Shown here: in pieces, positions 7,821-17,137 of the stretch
Position numbering within the stretch: the first letter of the stretch is position 1
Layout of the letters: the number at the start of each line of letters is the position of its first letter
DNA from: Minisyncoccota bacterium
GTDB lineage: Bacteria; Patescibacteriota; Minisyncoccia; Phycocordibacterales; UBA2100
Direction of reading: 5' to 3'
NCBI GenBank assembly: GCA_036517195.1
Contig: DATDXU010000018.1
Span: forward strand, 1 to 57,643
DNA: 57,643 nucleotides
The notes under the pieces: model-generated
Databases searched by the model: none
The model's input: only the letters and a program-made list of their open reading frames with translations
Told to the model about the DNA's origin: nothing
Position numbers and translations under genes: made by a program

Positions 7821-9362
7821 TCACCGTTGTTTTTCTTTTTGCGCGGTAAGTGCCGCACGAATGTGTTTTTTTGCCATATTTGTTTTTGCCATATCCTGCC
7901 ATTTGCGCGATGGTTTTGCGGATTTTTTCGTGAGTATTTCAACAATGTCGCCGTTCTTGAGTTCTGTATCAAGGGAGGCCATTTTTCCATTTACTCTTGC
8001 TCCAGACATGGAGTTGCCGATGTCGGAGTGAATGGCGTACGCAAAGTCAACCGGAGTTGCCGCAACCGGCAGGTCTATAACATCCCCGCGCGGAGTGAAT
8101 GCGAACACGCGGTGATTAAAAAAATCAGATTTTAGTGTTTGTAGGTATTCTTCTGACGCGGTAGCGTCATCGTGGGCAAGTTCTGTAACCCACTCGGGCA
8201 CCCCATGCGCGCGGACGGAAGAAGATTCTTGTTGGCTTTCGTTAAGTCGGGGGAAAAATTGCCTGATCCAATCTAATCCGACACCTCCGCGGGATCCCTC
8301 TTTGTGCGTCCTTTGTTTTCCTTTGTAGAGGAGGTGGGAGGCAACGCCAAAGAGAGCTTCTTGGTGTTGAGATTCCGTGCGTAATTGAATTTCAAGAGCG
8401 CCCCCATCTCCCGTATACACGGTGGTATGTATGGACTGGTATCCGTTTGGTTTTGGAAACGCGATGTAATCTTTTATTTTTCCTGGAACGGGTCTCCATT
8501 GGGCGTGGATTACACCGAGCGCGGAATAACAATCGGCAATGGCGGGAAATATGATGCGGAGCGCCAGAATGTCATAAATTTGGTCGATGTTCCAGTTTTT
8601 GCGTTCTAATTTTCTGAACAAACTATATACGCCCTTAATGCGTGCCTCAGTGCGGAACGTGCGGATGCCCGATTCCGCCAGTTGGCGTTTTACGTCCCGT
8701 TCTGTTTTCTCAAGACGTTTTTCATTCTCGCGACTGCGTTCTTTCAAAAGTTCTTTGACTTTTTCATACTCTTTCGGGAGCGCGTGGGGAAATGCGGCAT
8801 CCTCAAGGTCATTTTTAAGCACACTCATGCCGAGTCGGTCTGCGATGGGCGCGTAAATTTCAAGTGTTTCTTGCGCTATGCGCGTGCGCTTCACTGCGTC
8901 CGGCACATGTTCAAGAGTTCTCGCGTTGTGCAGGCGATCCATGAGTTTTATGATGAGGATGCGAATATCTTTTGCTGTCGCCGCAAATAACTTTCGAAGA
9001 GACTCTGTATGTCTTTCTAGTCCTTGGTAACGGAGTTTTCCAAGTTTTGTCACTCCATCAACGAGCTCTAGTACGCCGATTCCAAACTGTTCTTGTACAG
9101 CTTCTCCGCTTATCTTTGCGTCTTCTACCGTGTCGTGAAGGAGTCCCGCGGCAACCGCGTCCGCGTCTACCCCTATGTCTGCCAGCAAGTATCCGACTTC
9201 TGCCGGATGTATGAAATAGGGTTCACCAGAAAATCGCGTTTGTCCTTGGTGTGCTTTTTTGGAAAATTCGTATGCTCGTGTCACGAGAGAAATGTCTCGC
9301 TCCTCCTTGCTGTGAAGGACATTGAGAATGTCAGAGAGGGGACGAATACTTGCGTTTTGCAT
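7821..9362 (-). CDS. relA: (p)ppGpp synthetase/hydrolase, RelA/SpoT homologue, short form ending after the TGS domain
   Basis: HD domain (HPAEV..LHDTVED), synthetase region (YIAFPKPNGYQSIHT) and TGS (VFAFTPRGDVIDLPVAATPVDFAYAIHSDIG). No ACT/RRM tail. Confidence 0.9.
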   Translation of the reverse strand: MQNASIRPLSDILNVLHSKEERDISLVTRAYEFSKKAHQGQTRFSGEPYFIHPAEVGYLLADIGVDADAVAAGLLHDTVEDAKISGEAVQEQFGIGVLELVDGVTKLGKLRYQGLERHTESLRKLFAATAKDIRILIIKLMDRLHNARTLEHVPDAVKRTRIAQETLEIYAPIADRLGMSVLKNDLEDAAFPHALPKEYEKVKELLKERSRENEKRLEKTERDVKRQLAESGIRTFRTEARIKGVYSLFRKLERKNWNIDQIYDILALRIIFPAIADCYSALGVIHAQWRPVPGKIKDYIAFPKPNGYQSIHTTVYTGDGGALEIQLRTESQHQEALFGVASHLLYKGKQRTHKEGSRGGVGLDWIRQFFPRLNESQQESSSVRAHGVPEWVTELAHDDATASEEYLQTLKSDFFNHRVFAFTPRGDVIDLPVAATPVDFAYAIHSDIGNSMSGARVNGKMASLDTELKNGDIVEILTKKSAKPSRKWQDMAKTNMAKKHIRAALTAQKEKQR

Positions 9363-9370
9363 ATGAAATC

Positions 9371-9380
9371 AGTATACCCC
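9371..9380 (-). promoter_or_regulatory. -10-like box GGGGTATACT, 8 nt before the relA ATG
   Basis: The reverse complement of 9371-9380 is GGGGTATACT, the same decamer as upstream of dnaX. Confidence 0.45.
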
Positions 9381-9463
9381 CACACTAATTCGATTTGCTA
9401 ATGGATTGCCGCGGTATATAGTGTAACCGGTTTGTTTGTGTCACAAAAAGGAGTACCCCGGAC

Positions 9464-9601
9464 ATGGGTTCGGTTTTCTTTGTGATTGGTTTACTTATTG
9501 CTGCTTACTTGGGAATACTTGCGGCGCCAAAGGGAAAGGGTTTGTTTGGTGCCGTCGTGCTTATGATGGTGTGGTGGATGATCTTCACGATTATTGCTTG
9601 A
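9464..9601 (+). CDS. small membrane protein (45 aa; below the ORF-track cutoff)
   Basis: AAAGGAG lies about 11 nt before the ATG at 9464. MGSVFFVIGLLIAAYLGILAAPKGKGLFGAVVLMMVWWMIFTIIA gives two hydrophobic helices. A terminator follows. Confidence 0.5.
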   Translation: MGSVFFVIGLLIAAYLGILAAPKGKGLFGAVVLMMVWWMIFTIIA

Positions 9602-9625
9602 CGCCCCCCGCGTCAAAAATTTGAA

Positions 9626-9664
9626 AGACCAGAGCTATTCTATGCTTCCTGGTCTTTTCTTTTG
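9626..9664 (+). terminator. rho-independent terminator
   Basis: AGACCAG (9626-9632) pairs with CTGGTCT (9649-9655), followed by TTTTCTTTT. Confidence 0.6.
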
Positions 9665-9702
9665 TGCGGATTATGATTTGGACACGTTTTGTTTGAACAG
9701 CG

Positions 9703-9809
9703 TTCGGGAATGGTTTTCGGTCACGGATAATTTCCTCGCCGTCGCTCGGAAGTTTCCGCGACCCCGGCTCGTGGCTCGTCCTACTGGACTCGCATCGCTC
9801 CGCCCGACC
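9703..9809 (-). repeat. degenerate orphan copy of the structured repeat family (no adjacent tRNA)
   Basis: Plus-strand GGGAATGGTTTTCGGTCACGGATAATTTCC...GCCGTCGC...CCGCGACCCCGGCTCG parallels the reverse complement of copy A (GGGGAATCGGTCACGCGTAATTTTC...CACGCGACCCCGACTCG). Confidence 0.6.
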
Positions 9810-9844
9810 AAAACGAGGGCACATGCAACGTAGGTTGCATGTTT

Positions 9845-12037
9845 CTATTTTGATTTCGTAAGTTTGTGAGGGTTATGCATCGAGCACTGTTTGTTGCTAC
9901 AACGCTCCGGTATCGTTTTGGTCCCTTGCATCATGAGAGAACCACATTCCTTGCAGAGTGCCCCCGTTGGGCGCGCCTTGATGGCGTTTTTACATGTAGG
10001 ATAATTTGAACACGAAAAGAACGGACCGAAACGCCCGCGTCGTTCCACCATCTCACCGCCTTTGCAGGTTGGGCACGCAACTCCGGTTTTAGATTTTGCT
10101 TCTTCGGCTGGGTCTTTTTTTACAAATTTACATTTTGGATATTTTGAACAGGCGATGAATTGCCCGAAGCGCCCCTCGCGTTGTATCAGTTTTCCATTCC
10201 CGTCTTTACACTCTGGGCACGCTTCGCCGATGTCTTTTGGTGGAGCGAGTTCTGTGCCGTCTTCCTTGCGCGCTCCGAGACAATCCGGAAAACGTTTGCA
10301 ACTCATAAATCTTCCGTTTCGAGAGAGTTTGTATACCATTGAGCCCTCGCATACAGGACACGGAAATTCTTTGGGGGCGTCTCCCATGTTTGTCAGCTTT
10401 TCTATTTTTGCCTTACTTTTCACCGCTTTGGTGAACGGTGTATAAAAATTCTTGAGGGTTTTTTCGTACTCACGCGTGCCTTCCGCTATTTCATCAAGAC
10501 CATTTTCCATTTCTGCCGTGAAGGTGTCGCTTATGTAGTCTGCAAAGTGTTGTTCCAGGAATGTTGAAACAACGTCGCCTGTGTAGGTGGGTATGAGCGT
10601 CCGTCCCTGCTTATCCGCGTACCCCCTGTCTTCCAGTGTTTTTATTATAGAGGCGTAGGTAGAAGGTCTTCCGATTCCTCGTTTTTCTAATTCTTTAATA
10701 AGTCCCGCTTCGCTGTATCTGGCGGGTGGTTGTGTTTCTTTGCCTTCAGAGTGTGCCTCTAGCAACCGTAACGGATCTGTATCAGCGACTTTGGGTAGTT
10801 CTACATCTTCGCCACGAGCGTCAGGATCAGCGGAGAGCCAGCCGTCGAAGAGTACACGAGAGCCTGTTATCACAAAATCGGGTATTGTGTCTTTGGGCGA
10901 CGTAACGCGCGCGCGCGCGGTAATTTTTGTCCGTAAAATTTTTGCTTCAGTCATTTGTGAAGAAAGGGCGCGCGCGCGGATGAGTGTATACAACTCTTTC
11001 TGTTCGCCGACAGCGCCGACGCTTTTCTTGTGCGCGTCAGTCGGGCGGATTGCTTCGTGCGCCTCTTGTGCCGATTTGCTCTTGGTTTTGTAGGTGCGAG
11101 CTTGGATGTATTTCTGTCCGAATTCTTTCTCGATTACGGATACCAATTGTGTCTGTGCTTCTAAGGCGAGGTTGGTGCTATCGGTACGCATGTAGGTGAT
11201 GTGTCCGGCTTCATACAGCTTTTGCGCAATGCGCATGGTGCGCGACGGGGAAAATCCCAATCTGGTTGATGCTGTTTGCTGTAGGGTGGATGTGGTGAAT
11301 GGCGCGCGCGGAAGACGGGCTGTTTCCGATTCTTCAACGGAAACAACATTCCACACTCCCGCTCGTGCCACCTCGAGAATGCGATGTGCTTCCATTTCTG
11401 TTTTCGGCTCTTCTGTGCAGGTACCAACAAATGTTTGTTTCTTCTCTGTTTCAAAATCGGCGGTGAGAACCCAAAATTTTTCAGGTATAAAAGCGCGAAT
11501 TTCGCGCTCGCGTTCCATGAGGATGCGGAGAGCGGGAGATTGTACCCGCCCCGCGGATAATCCATACCGTACCTTTTTCCAGATTAATCCAGAGAGGTCG
11601 TACCCGAACAGGCGGTCAAGTACGCGCCGTGCCTCTTGTGCGCGCCGCAAATGTTCATCTATTGTACGCGGGTGGGCGAGCGCTTCTTGGACAGCGCGCT
11701 CCGTAATTTCGTGGAACACAATGCGTTTTGGATGTTTCAACCCCATCGTTTCGGCTATATGCCACGCAATGGCTTCTCCTTCTCGGTCGGGGTCGGTCGC
11801 GAGTATCACTTCGGAAGCGGTTTTGGCGACTTCTGTAAGTTCGTCAATGACATGTTGTTTTTCTTTCACTACCTGGTAGTGGGGTATGAATCCACCCTCA
11901 ATGTCGACGGCGTCTTTATTGCTTTTTGGCAAATCACGAATGTGCCCGACTGACGCGCGTACAACAAAATCTTTGCCAAGATATTTTTCAATCGTCTTGG
12001 CTTTTGCGGGTGACTCTACTATGACAAGTTTCGTCAT
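9845..12037 (-). CDS. topA: DNA topoisomerase I with C-terminal zinc ribbons
   Basis: The Toprim start LVIVESPAKAKTIEKYLG, GHIRDLP, ITYMRTDS, and multiple CxxC...CxxC fingers at the C-terminus. Confidence 0.95.
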   Translation of the reverse strand: MTKLVIVESPAKAKTIEKYLGKDFVVRASVGHIRDLPKSNKDAVDIEGGFIPHYQVVKEKQHVIDELTEVAKTASEVILATDPDREGEAIAWHIAETMGLKHPKRIVFHEITERAVQEALAHPRTIDEHLRRAQEARRVLDRLFGYDLSGLIWKKVRYGLSAGRVQSPALRILMEREREIRAFIPEKFWVLTADFETEKKQTFVGTCTEEPKTEMEAHRILEVARAGVWNVVSVEESETARLPRAPFTTSTLQQTASTRLGFSPSRTMRIAQKLYEAGHITYMRTDSTNLALEAQTQLVSVIEKEFGQKYIQARTYKTKSKSAQEAHEAIRPTDAHKKSVGAVGEQKELYTLIRARALSSQMTEAKILRTKITARARVTSPKDTIPDFVITGSRVLFDGWLSADPDARGEDVELPKVADTDPLRLLEAHSEGKETQPPARYSEAGLIKELEKRGIGRPSTYASIIKTLEDRGYADKQGRTLIPTYTGDVVSTFLEQHFADYISDTFTAEMENGLDEIAEGTREYEKTLKNFYTPFTKAVKSKAKIEKLTNMGDAPKEFPCPVCEGSMVYKLSRNGRFMSCKRFPDCLGARKEDGTELAPPKDIGEACPECKDGNGKLIQREGRFGQFIACSKYPKCKFVKKDPAEEAKSKTGVACPTCKGGEMVERRGRFGPFFSCSNYPTCKNAIKARPTGALCKECGSLMMQGTKTIPERCSNKQCSMHNPHKLTKSK

Positions 12038-12098
12038 GACGCGTAGTGATACCTCATCAGCCTAGCATGTGTCAAGCACATATAAAATTTTATTGCGG

Positions 12099-12959
12099 TT
12101 AGCGTGCGTGTATCAGTCCGAATTTTTCTTCTATAAGCCCCTTGATTTCCATCGCTGAAAACAACATCTGTGTTTCGGAAATGGGGAGGTTAAGTTTTTC
12201 TATCAACACATCGTGCGGGCAGGGTTGTGAGAGGAGATTGAGTACTTTTTGTTCGTTATCTGAAAGGTCTGTGCGCTCGGACACGGGGCGTACCTGTGTC
12301 ACTTCGAGTGAGAGGGCACGGAGGATGTCAGCGGACTCTGTTACGGGAGTGGCGCCCAGTTTCAGAAATTGGTGTGTACCACGGCTTTCGGCGCTAAAGA
12401 TGGAGCCAGGTACGACAAGAAGTTCTCGGTTGTATTCTGCCGTCAATCGTGCCGTGATGAGTGAGCCTGATTTTTCGCGCGCCTCAACGACGAGTGTCGC
12501 GTGGCTGATTCCCGCCATAATGCGATTCCTTTGTGGGAATGTGTATAGCTGTGCGCGCATAGTGGGTTCAAATTCTGAAACGAGCGCGCCTCCCCGCGCC
12601 ACGATTTCGCGCGCGAGGGCGACGTTCGCGCGTGGGTACAGTACATCCCAGTCAAGCCCGCTTCCCGGGATTGCGACTGTTGTGAGTCCTGATTCAAGCG
12701 CCGCTTTGTGTGCCTCGGCGTCCATGCCGAATGCCAGTCCCGAAACGATGATTATCGGATATCCTCGCAGGCCCTGCAGAAGATGGCGTACCGCTTGTCT
12801 GCCGTAGGGGCTAATCGCACGGCTTCCGACAACAGCAAGCCATTTTCCCTCTGTGCTCGGGAGTGTTCCGCGCACATAGAGTTTCTTTGGAGCATCTGGA
12901 ATTTCCCGAAGCAGTGGAGGAAAATCGTGTGGAGAAAGTGTCGTCAATTCATTGTTCAT
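12099..12959 (-). CDS. dprA: DNA processing protein DprA/Smf
   Basis: LAVVGSRAISPYG, VSGLAFGMDAEAH, FPQRNRIMAG, SGSLITARLTAEYNREL. The dprA-topA synteny is the usual one. Confidence 0.9.
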   Translation of the reverse strand: MNNELTTLSPHDFPPLLREIPDAPKKLYVRGTLPSTEGKWLAVVGSRAISPYGRQAVRHLLQGLRGYPIIIVSGLAFGMDAEAHKAALESGLTTVAIPGSGLDWDVLYPRANVALAREIVARGGALVSEFEPTMRAQLYTFPQRNRIMAGISHATLVVEAREKSGSLITARLTAEYNRELLVVPGSIFSAESRGTHQFLKLGATPVTESADILRALSLEVTQVRPVSERTDLSDNEQKVLNLLSQPCPHDVLIEKLNLPISETQMLFSAMEIKGLIEEKFGLIHAR

Positions 12960-12961
12960 GG

Positions 12962-12970
12962 TGGTATATT
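12962..12970 (+). promoter_or_regulatory. extended -10 box TGGTATATT, 9 nt before the serS ATG
   Basis: TGGTATATT at 12962-12970 and ATG at 12980. No SD sequence. Confidence 0.45.
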
Positions 12971-12979
12971 GTACTCTAT

Positions 12980-14266
12980 ATGCTCGACATACGCTTCATT
13001 CGGGAACATCGTGACATTGTTGCGAAAGCGATCAAAGACAAAAAGGGGAAGCCTGTAGACCTTGACCTCGTCATACGGCTTGCCGATGAGCGCAAGGCAT
13101 TACAGCAAAGTATCGCGGAAGTGAATCAGGGGAGGAATGTCGCTCAAGCGGAACGAGATAAAGAAAAAGGGAAAGAGTTCAAAGAAAAAGCGCAAAAGTT
13201 TGAAATGGAGTTAACGCGAGTCGAAAAAGAATTTGTTGCGCTCATGATTCAGATTCCAAACATTCCTTCTCCCGACACCCCCGTGGGGCCTGACGAAAAG
13301 GCAAACAAGGTCATTCGTCAGTGGGGGGAGAAGCCACAATTTTCATTTCAACCGAAAGAGCATTGGGAGTTGGGGTACGCGCTCGGTGTTCTTGATACTG
13401 AAAAGGCCGGTCTCATTTCAGGACCGCGATTTGCGTACCTTATGGGGGACTTGGTTCTCATGCAATTTGCATTAATCAAGCTTTGTATTGAGGTGCTCAC
13501 GAACGCGGAAACGTTGAAATCGATTGCGGAAAAGGCGGGTATATCTATAAACACGAAGCCATTTATTCCGGTGTTGCCTCCAACCATAATGAAGTCGGCG
13601 GTTATGAATAGAATGGCGCGATTACAACCAATAGAAGAGCGATACTTTTTTGAAAAAGATGACCTTGTGTTTGTGGGAAGTGCGGAGCACACGTTGGGCC
13701 CGCTTCACATGGACGAAGTGATTCCTGAGTGTGATTTGCCTATACGGTATGTTGGATATTCTGTCGCATACCGTCGTGAAGCGGGCACCTATGGTAAAGA
13801 CACGAAAGGTATTTTGCGTCAGCACCAGTTTGACAAAGTGGAAATGGAAACATTTTGCATGCCAGAACATTCGTACCAAGAACAAGATTTCCTTGTTGCT
13901 ATTCAAGAACACATCATGCGCATGCTCGGTGTTCCGTATCAGGTAGTTCTCATTTCAACGGGAGATATGGGAGCTCCCGATCATCGCCAAATTGATATTG
14001 AGTGTTGGATGCCGGGGCAGGGGGTGTACAGAGAGACGCACAGCGCGGATTTGATTCAGGGATATCAAGCACGTCGTTTGAATGCGCGTGTGAAGCGTGC
14101 CGATCTGTCAATTGAACCAGTGCACATGAACGATGCCACAGTGCTCGCAATTGGCAGAACTCTGATTGCCATTATGGAGAACAATCAGCGTGCCGATGGT
14201 TCTATTTCAATCCCAGAAGTGCTTCGGGCGCACGTAGGAAAAAATGAAATTATTAAAAATAATTGA
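12980..14266 (+). CDS. serS: seryl-tRNA synthetase
   Basis: MLDIRFIREH start, coiled-coil arm, and class II motifs (RFAYLMGD, YRREAGTYGKDTKGILRQHQFDKVE, YRETHS, NDATVLAIGRTLIAIMEN). Confidence 0.9.
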   Translation: MLDIRFIREHRDIVAKAIKDKKGKPVDLDLVIRLADERKALQQSIAEVNQGRNVAQAERDKEKGKEFKEKAQKFEMELTRVEKEFVALMIQIPNIPSPDTPVGPDEKANKVIRQWGEKPQFSFQPKEHWELGYALGVLDTEKAGLISGPRFAYLMGDLVLMQFALIKLCIEVLTNAETLKSIAEKAGISINTKPFIPVLPPTIMKSAVMNRMARLQPIEERYFFEKDDLVFVGSAEHTLGPLHMDEVIPECDLPIRYVGYSVAYRREAGTYGKDTKGILRQHQFDKVEMETFCMPEHSYQEQDFLVAIQEHIMRMLGVPYQVVLISTGDMGAPDHRQIDIECWMPGQGVYRETHSADLIQGYQARRLNARVKRADLSIEPVHMNDATVLAIGRTLIAIMENNQRADGSISIPEVLRAHVGKNEIIKNN

Positions 14267-15134
14267 CTTGAGAAAAAAGAAGCCGGGTAATTCCCGCGTT
14301 GTTTCTGCGCGTACTCGGGGAGAGGGGCGCGTGTCGCCCCTGCGTCAGCGACGAAAGAAAGTAAAAATATATGTCACTGCGCTCGGGGTCGCCGTTTTTA
14401 TTCTTGTCGCTTCCCTTGCATCAGAAAGCACCTATCACCAAAAAATATCGATTGGTCCCATTTCTGTATCAGGCGTGTCTCGCATATCGCCACGGCTTGT
14501 AAAGGCGGTGTTTGAAAAAACACTTCACGACGGGATGAATCATTTTTTCTCTCGTTCCAATGTATTATGGTATCCAAAGCATGAGCTTGAGAAAGCGATT
14601 CTTTCTGGTATACCACGTACGGCGTCTGTTTCTATTACCAGGGAAGGCTTATTTGCGCAGGCGATTACCGTTACTATCGAAGAGAGAAAACGGTTCGGTT
14701 TTTGGTGTAGCGATTCGTCTCTCCAAAAAGGACAGCGTTGTTTTGAAATGGATGAAAATGGGTTTATTTTTGCAGCACTCGCGTCTGAAACTCCATTGTA
14801 TGGAATTATATTTTCAGGACCATTGTCCGCGAGTACTACCCTAATCGGACAAACGTTTATAGGCGAGCACATGTCTGGAGTGGTTGCGTTTTTAAAAAAA
14901 TTAGAGAATAAAAATTTGAAACCCATACGCGTTTCAACAACCGATATGGTGGATTACTGGGTTGAACTTCCGGAGACGGTTCTTGTGCGAGTTGCATTTG
15001 GAGCTGACCCGGAAGAAACGGCGCGCAATCTTGAGCTTGCCCTTTCTTCAGATGCTTTGCGCGGGCGCGTAGAAGAGTTGGAATATATAGACCTTAGATT
15101 TGGCAATCGTTTGTACTACAAGGTGAAACGGTAG
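14244..15134 (+). CDS. FtsQ/DivIB-like single-pass protein (POTRA-like)
   Basis: A basic N-terminus, one TM helix (IYVTALGVAVFILVASLA), then ISVSGVSRISPRLV, typical of a POTRA start. It overlaps the end of serS by 23 nt. Confidence 0.45.
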   Translation: MKLLKIIDLRKKKPGNSRVVSARTRGEGRVSPLRQRRKKVKIYVTALGVAVFILVASLASESTYHQKISIGPISVSGVSRISPRLVKAVFEKTLHDGMNHFFSRSNVLWYPKHELEKAILSGIPRTASVSITREGLFAQAITVTIEERKRFGFWCSDSSLQKGQRCFEMDENGFIFAALASETPLYGIIFSGPLSASTTLIGQTFIGEHMSGVVAFLKKLENKNLKPIRVSTTDMVDYWVELPETVLVRVAFGADPEETARNLELALSSDALRGRVEELEYIDLRFGNRLYYKVKR

Positions 15135-15186
15135 CTCTCTGGTTATTGTATGGCGCAGAGCCGTGGTTCGGGTATGGTGTATCGGT

Positions 15187-16146
15187 ATGGTTGATTTTTG
15201 GAAGACACTCACGGGGCCTTTTTTTGTGCAAGCGCCGCTTGAGGATGTAACGGACGCGGCTTTTCGGCGTCTTATTGCGGAGTATGGTAAGCCAGATGTG
15301 ATGTTTACGGAATTTACCTCAGCGGATGGTCTCGTGCTTTCGAGCGGAAATGGTAGGAAAAAAATAGAAAAGAAACTTTTATATAACGAAAGCGAACGTC
15401 CGATCGTGGCGCAATTATTTTCTGCGGTACCGAGTCATATGGAGTACGCGTCATGCGTGGTACGCGACCTGGGGTTTGATGGCATAGATATTAACATGGG
15501 ATGTCCCGATAGGGCGGTGGAGCGTGGTGGGTGTGGCGCGGCGCTCATGAAAAATCCAAAGCTCGCGCGCGAACTGATTCGCTCTGCAAAAAAATCAGGA
15601 CTTCCCGTGTCTGTCAAAACCCGCATTGGATATAACGAAGATGAGCTGGATACGTGGTTGCCGGAATTATGTGCCGAAGAATTGTCTGCAGTTAGTATTC
15701 ACGCGCGTACGCGCAAAGAAATGTCGGATGTTCCCGCGCGGTGGGATGTGATTGCCCGCGCTGTTCAATTGCGCGATAGACGTGGTGCGAGTACGCGTAT
15801 TATCGGCAATGGTGATGTGAAAGATGTGAACGATGCTCGCGCGAAAGCGCGGGAGAGCGGATGTGATGGTGTCATGCTCGGACGTGCGTTGTTTGGCACC
15901 CCGTGGCTGTTTGCGCACGAAACGTACATCCCAAACCCAAAAGAAAAACTCACAGCCCTTCTGCGACATCTGGAATTGTTTGAAACACTACTTTCTGGTA
16001 CGACCCACTATGCCGTGATGAAAAAGCATTACAAAGCATATGTATCTGGGTGGGACGGGGCGAAAGAGTTACGGATTGCGCTTATGGAAACCAGCGACGC
16101 GGACTCTGCGCGCTCGTTGGTGACGAAATATTGCAATTCTTTGTAG
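15187..16146 (+). CDS. tRNA-dihydrouridine synthase
   Basis: APLEDVTDAAFR, DGIDINMGCPDRAVERGGCGAALM, VSVKTRIGY, SIHARTR. Confidence 0.85.
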   Translation: MVDFWKTLTGPFFVQAPLEDVTDAAFRRLIAEYGKPDVMFTEFTSADGLVLSSGNGRKKIEKKLLYNESERPIVAQLFSAVPSHMEYASCVVRDLGFDGIDINMGCPDRAVERGGCGAALMKNPKLARELIRSAKKSGLPVSVKTRIGYNEDELDTWLPELCAEELSAVSIHARTRKEMSDVPARWDVIARAVQLRDRRGASTRIIGNGDVKDVNDARAKARESGCDGVMLGRALFGTPWLFAHETYIPNPKEKLTALLRHLELFETLLSGTTHYAVMKKHYKAYVSGWDGAKELRIALMETSDADSARSLVTKYCNSL

Positions 16147-16189
16147 GGGGGTATAGTGTTTGAGACGGTAGCAGAATGGGAGAAATCGC

Positions 16190-16447
16190 ATGGGTGCACG
16201 ACCTGTGGCCACTGTGGCAATCGATATGAGCAAGGCGAAGATCACTCTTCGTTTCAAGGTTACCAAGGGTGCACGCTCGAGCGAAGACACACTTAGTGTC
16301 AGTGCGTATGACAAGACCGATCCAGAGGCAGAGCATCCGATTGCTGTTGTCGTAATGAATCGGGAACAGTGGGACGAGACGCGTTCTTCCGGTGATGAAA
16401 TGATGAAAGCGCTCGCGCTCCTTGACCCACAAGACATTTATACCTGA
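16190..16447 (+). CDS. hypothetical protein (85 aa)
   Basis: ORF with GGGAGA 7 nt upstream. I recognise no motif. Confidence 0.4.
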   Translation: MGARPVATVAIDMSKAKITLRFKVTKGARSSEDTLSVSAYDKTDPEAEHPIAVVVMNREQWDETRSSGDEMMKALALLDPQDIYT

Positions 16448-16459
16448 AAGAGGTGACGC

Positions 16460-16861
16460 GTGACTCGTCGCGAAGCAGGTGAAGCACCAGTTTACCCGGG
16501 TCCGACACTGCAGGAGTTACTGAAGTCATACAAGACCTACATGAGGTTTCGTGGTCACAGTGAGCGCGTGAGTGTCATGACCGTGCTCAACATGTATTGG
16601 CGCGCGGTGGATTCGGTGAATGTTATCAGCGAAGCTCCTGTTGCAGAGCGCCAAGTGCTCACGAGGCGCGTGCATGGATTTATTGATGATGCGTGTGCGG
16701 CGCTCCAAGGAAAGAAGAGCGCGCGTGTGATACCCGCTCTCAAGTATGAGGCGGATATGATTCCGCATATACTCGTAGAAGACAAAAAGGTTTTGTTGAA
16801 GTTACTTATGGAGATGTGTAACAATCTCGAGTTTGATTTTGAGGAGAAGACAGAAGAATAG
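16460..16861 (+). CDS. hypothetical protein (133 aa, GTG start)
   Basis: AGAGGTGA precedes the GTG and a terminator follows. I recognise no motif. Confidence 0.4.
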   Translation: MTRREAGEAPVYPGPTLQELLKSYKTYMRFRGHSERVSVMTVLNMYWRAVDSVNVISEAPVAERQVLTRRVHGFIDDACAALQGKKSARVIPALKYEADMIPHILVEDKKVLLKLLMEMCNNLEFDFEEKTEE

Positions 16862-16864
16862 TTG

Positions 16865-16896
16865 AGCGCGTCTCAGGAATACGGGGCGCGCTTTTT
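16865..16896 (+). terminator. rho-independent terminator
   Basis: Stem AGCGCGTCTC/ACGGGGCGCGCT (10 bp including wobbles), followed by TTTTT. Confidence 0.6.
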
Positions 16897-17121
16897 GCTT
16901 GTCTTGCGCTGACGGGGGTATACCCCGCAGTAGATGGTGGCGAAAGAACATGCACATCACTCACGGTGTTGCCACGGTGGCGTCTAGTAACATGAGAGAT
17001 TCCAACTATTTTTTCCGTTTCTCGCATGTTCAAACACAGTGGTGTTTTGTACACTCAAATCACCGCCCTACCTTGAATGATTTTTTCCTTGTGGCGAGAA
17101 ATATCGCCACCATTCACTGAC

Positions 17122-17131
17122 GGGGTATACT
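17122..17131 (+). promoter_or_regulatory. -10-like box GGGGTATACT, 6 nt before the dnaX ATG
   Basis: GGGGTATACT at 17122-17131 and ATG at 17138. Confidence 0.45.
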
Positions 17132-17137
17132 GCCAGT

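Noticed and set aside
11196-11879. Long antisense ORFs inside conserved genes (for example 11196..11879 and 10740..11093 in topA, 12142..12807 in dprA, 26903..27469 in ftsI, 29279..29971 in murF, 34762..35403 in atpA, 36309..36851 in atpD, 48634..49377 in the kinase, 6975..7568 in parB)
   Set aside because: They are shadow frames of confidently identified genes, with Ser/Arg/Ala-rich translations and no independent start signals.
16897-17137. SRP (4.5S/scRNA) gene upstream of dnaX
   Set aside because: The position is classical, but I could not find the domain IV signature (a GNRA tetraloop flanked by the AGCA-type symmetric loop). It is kept only as a generic ncRNA candidate.
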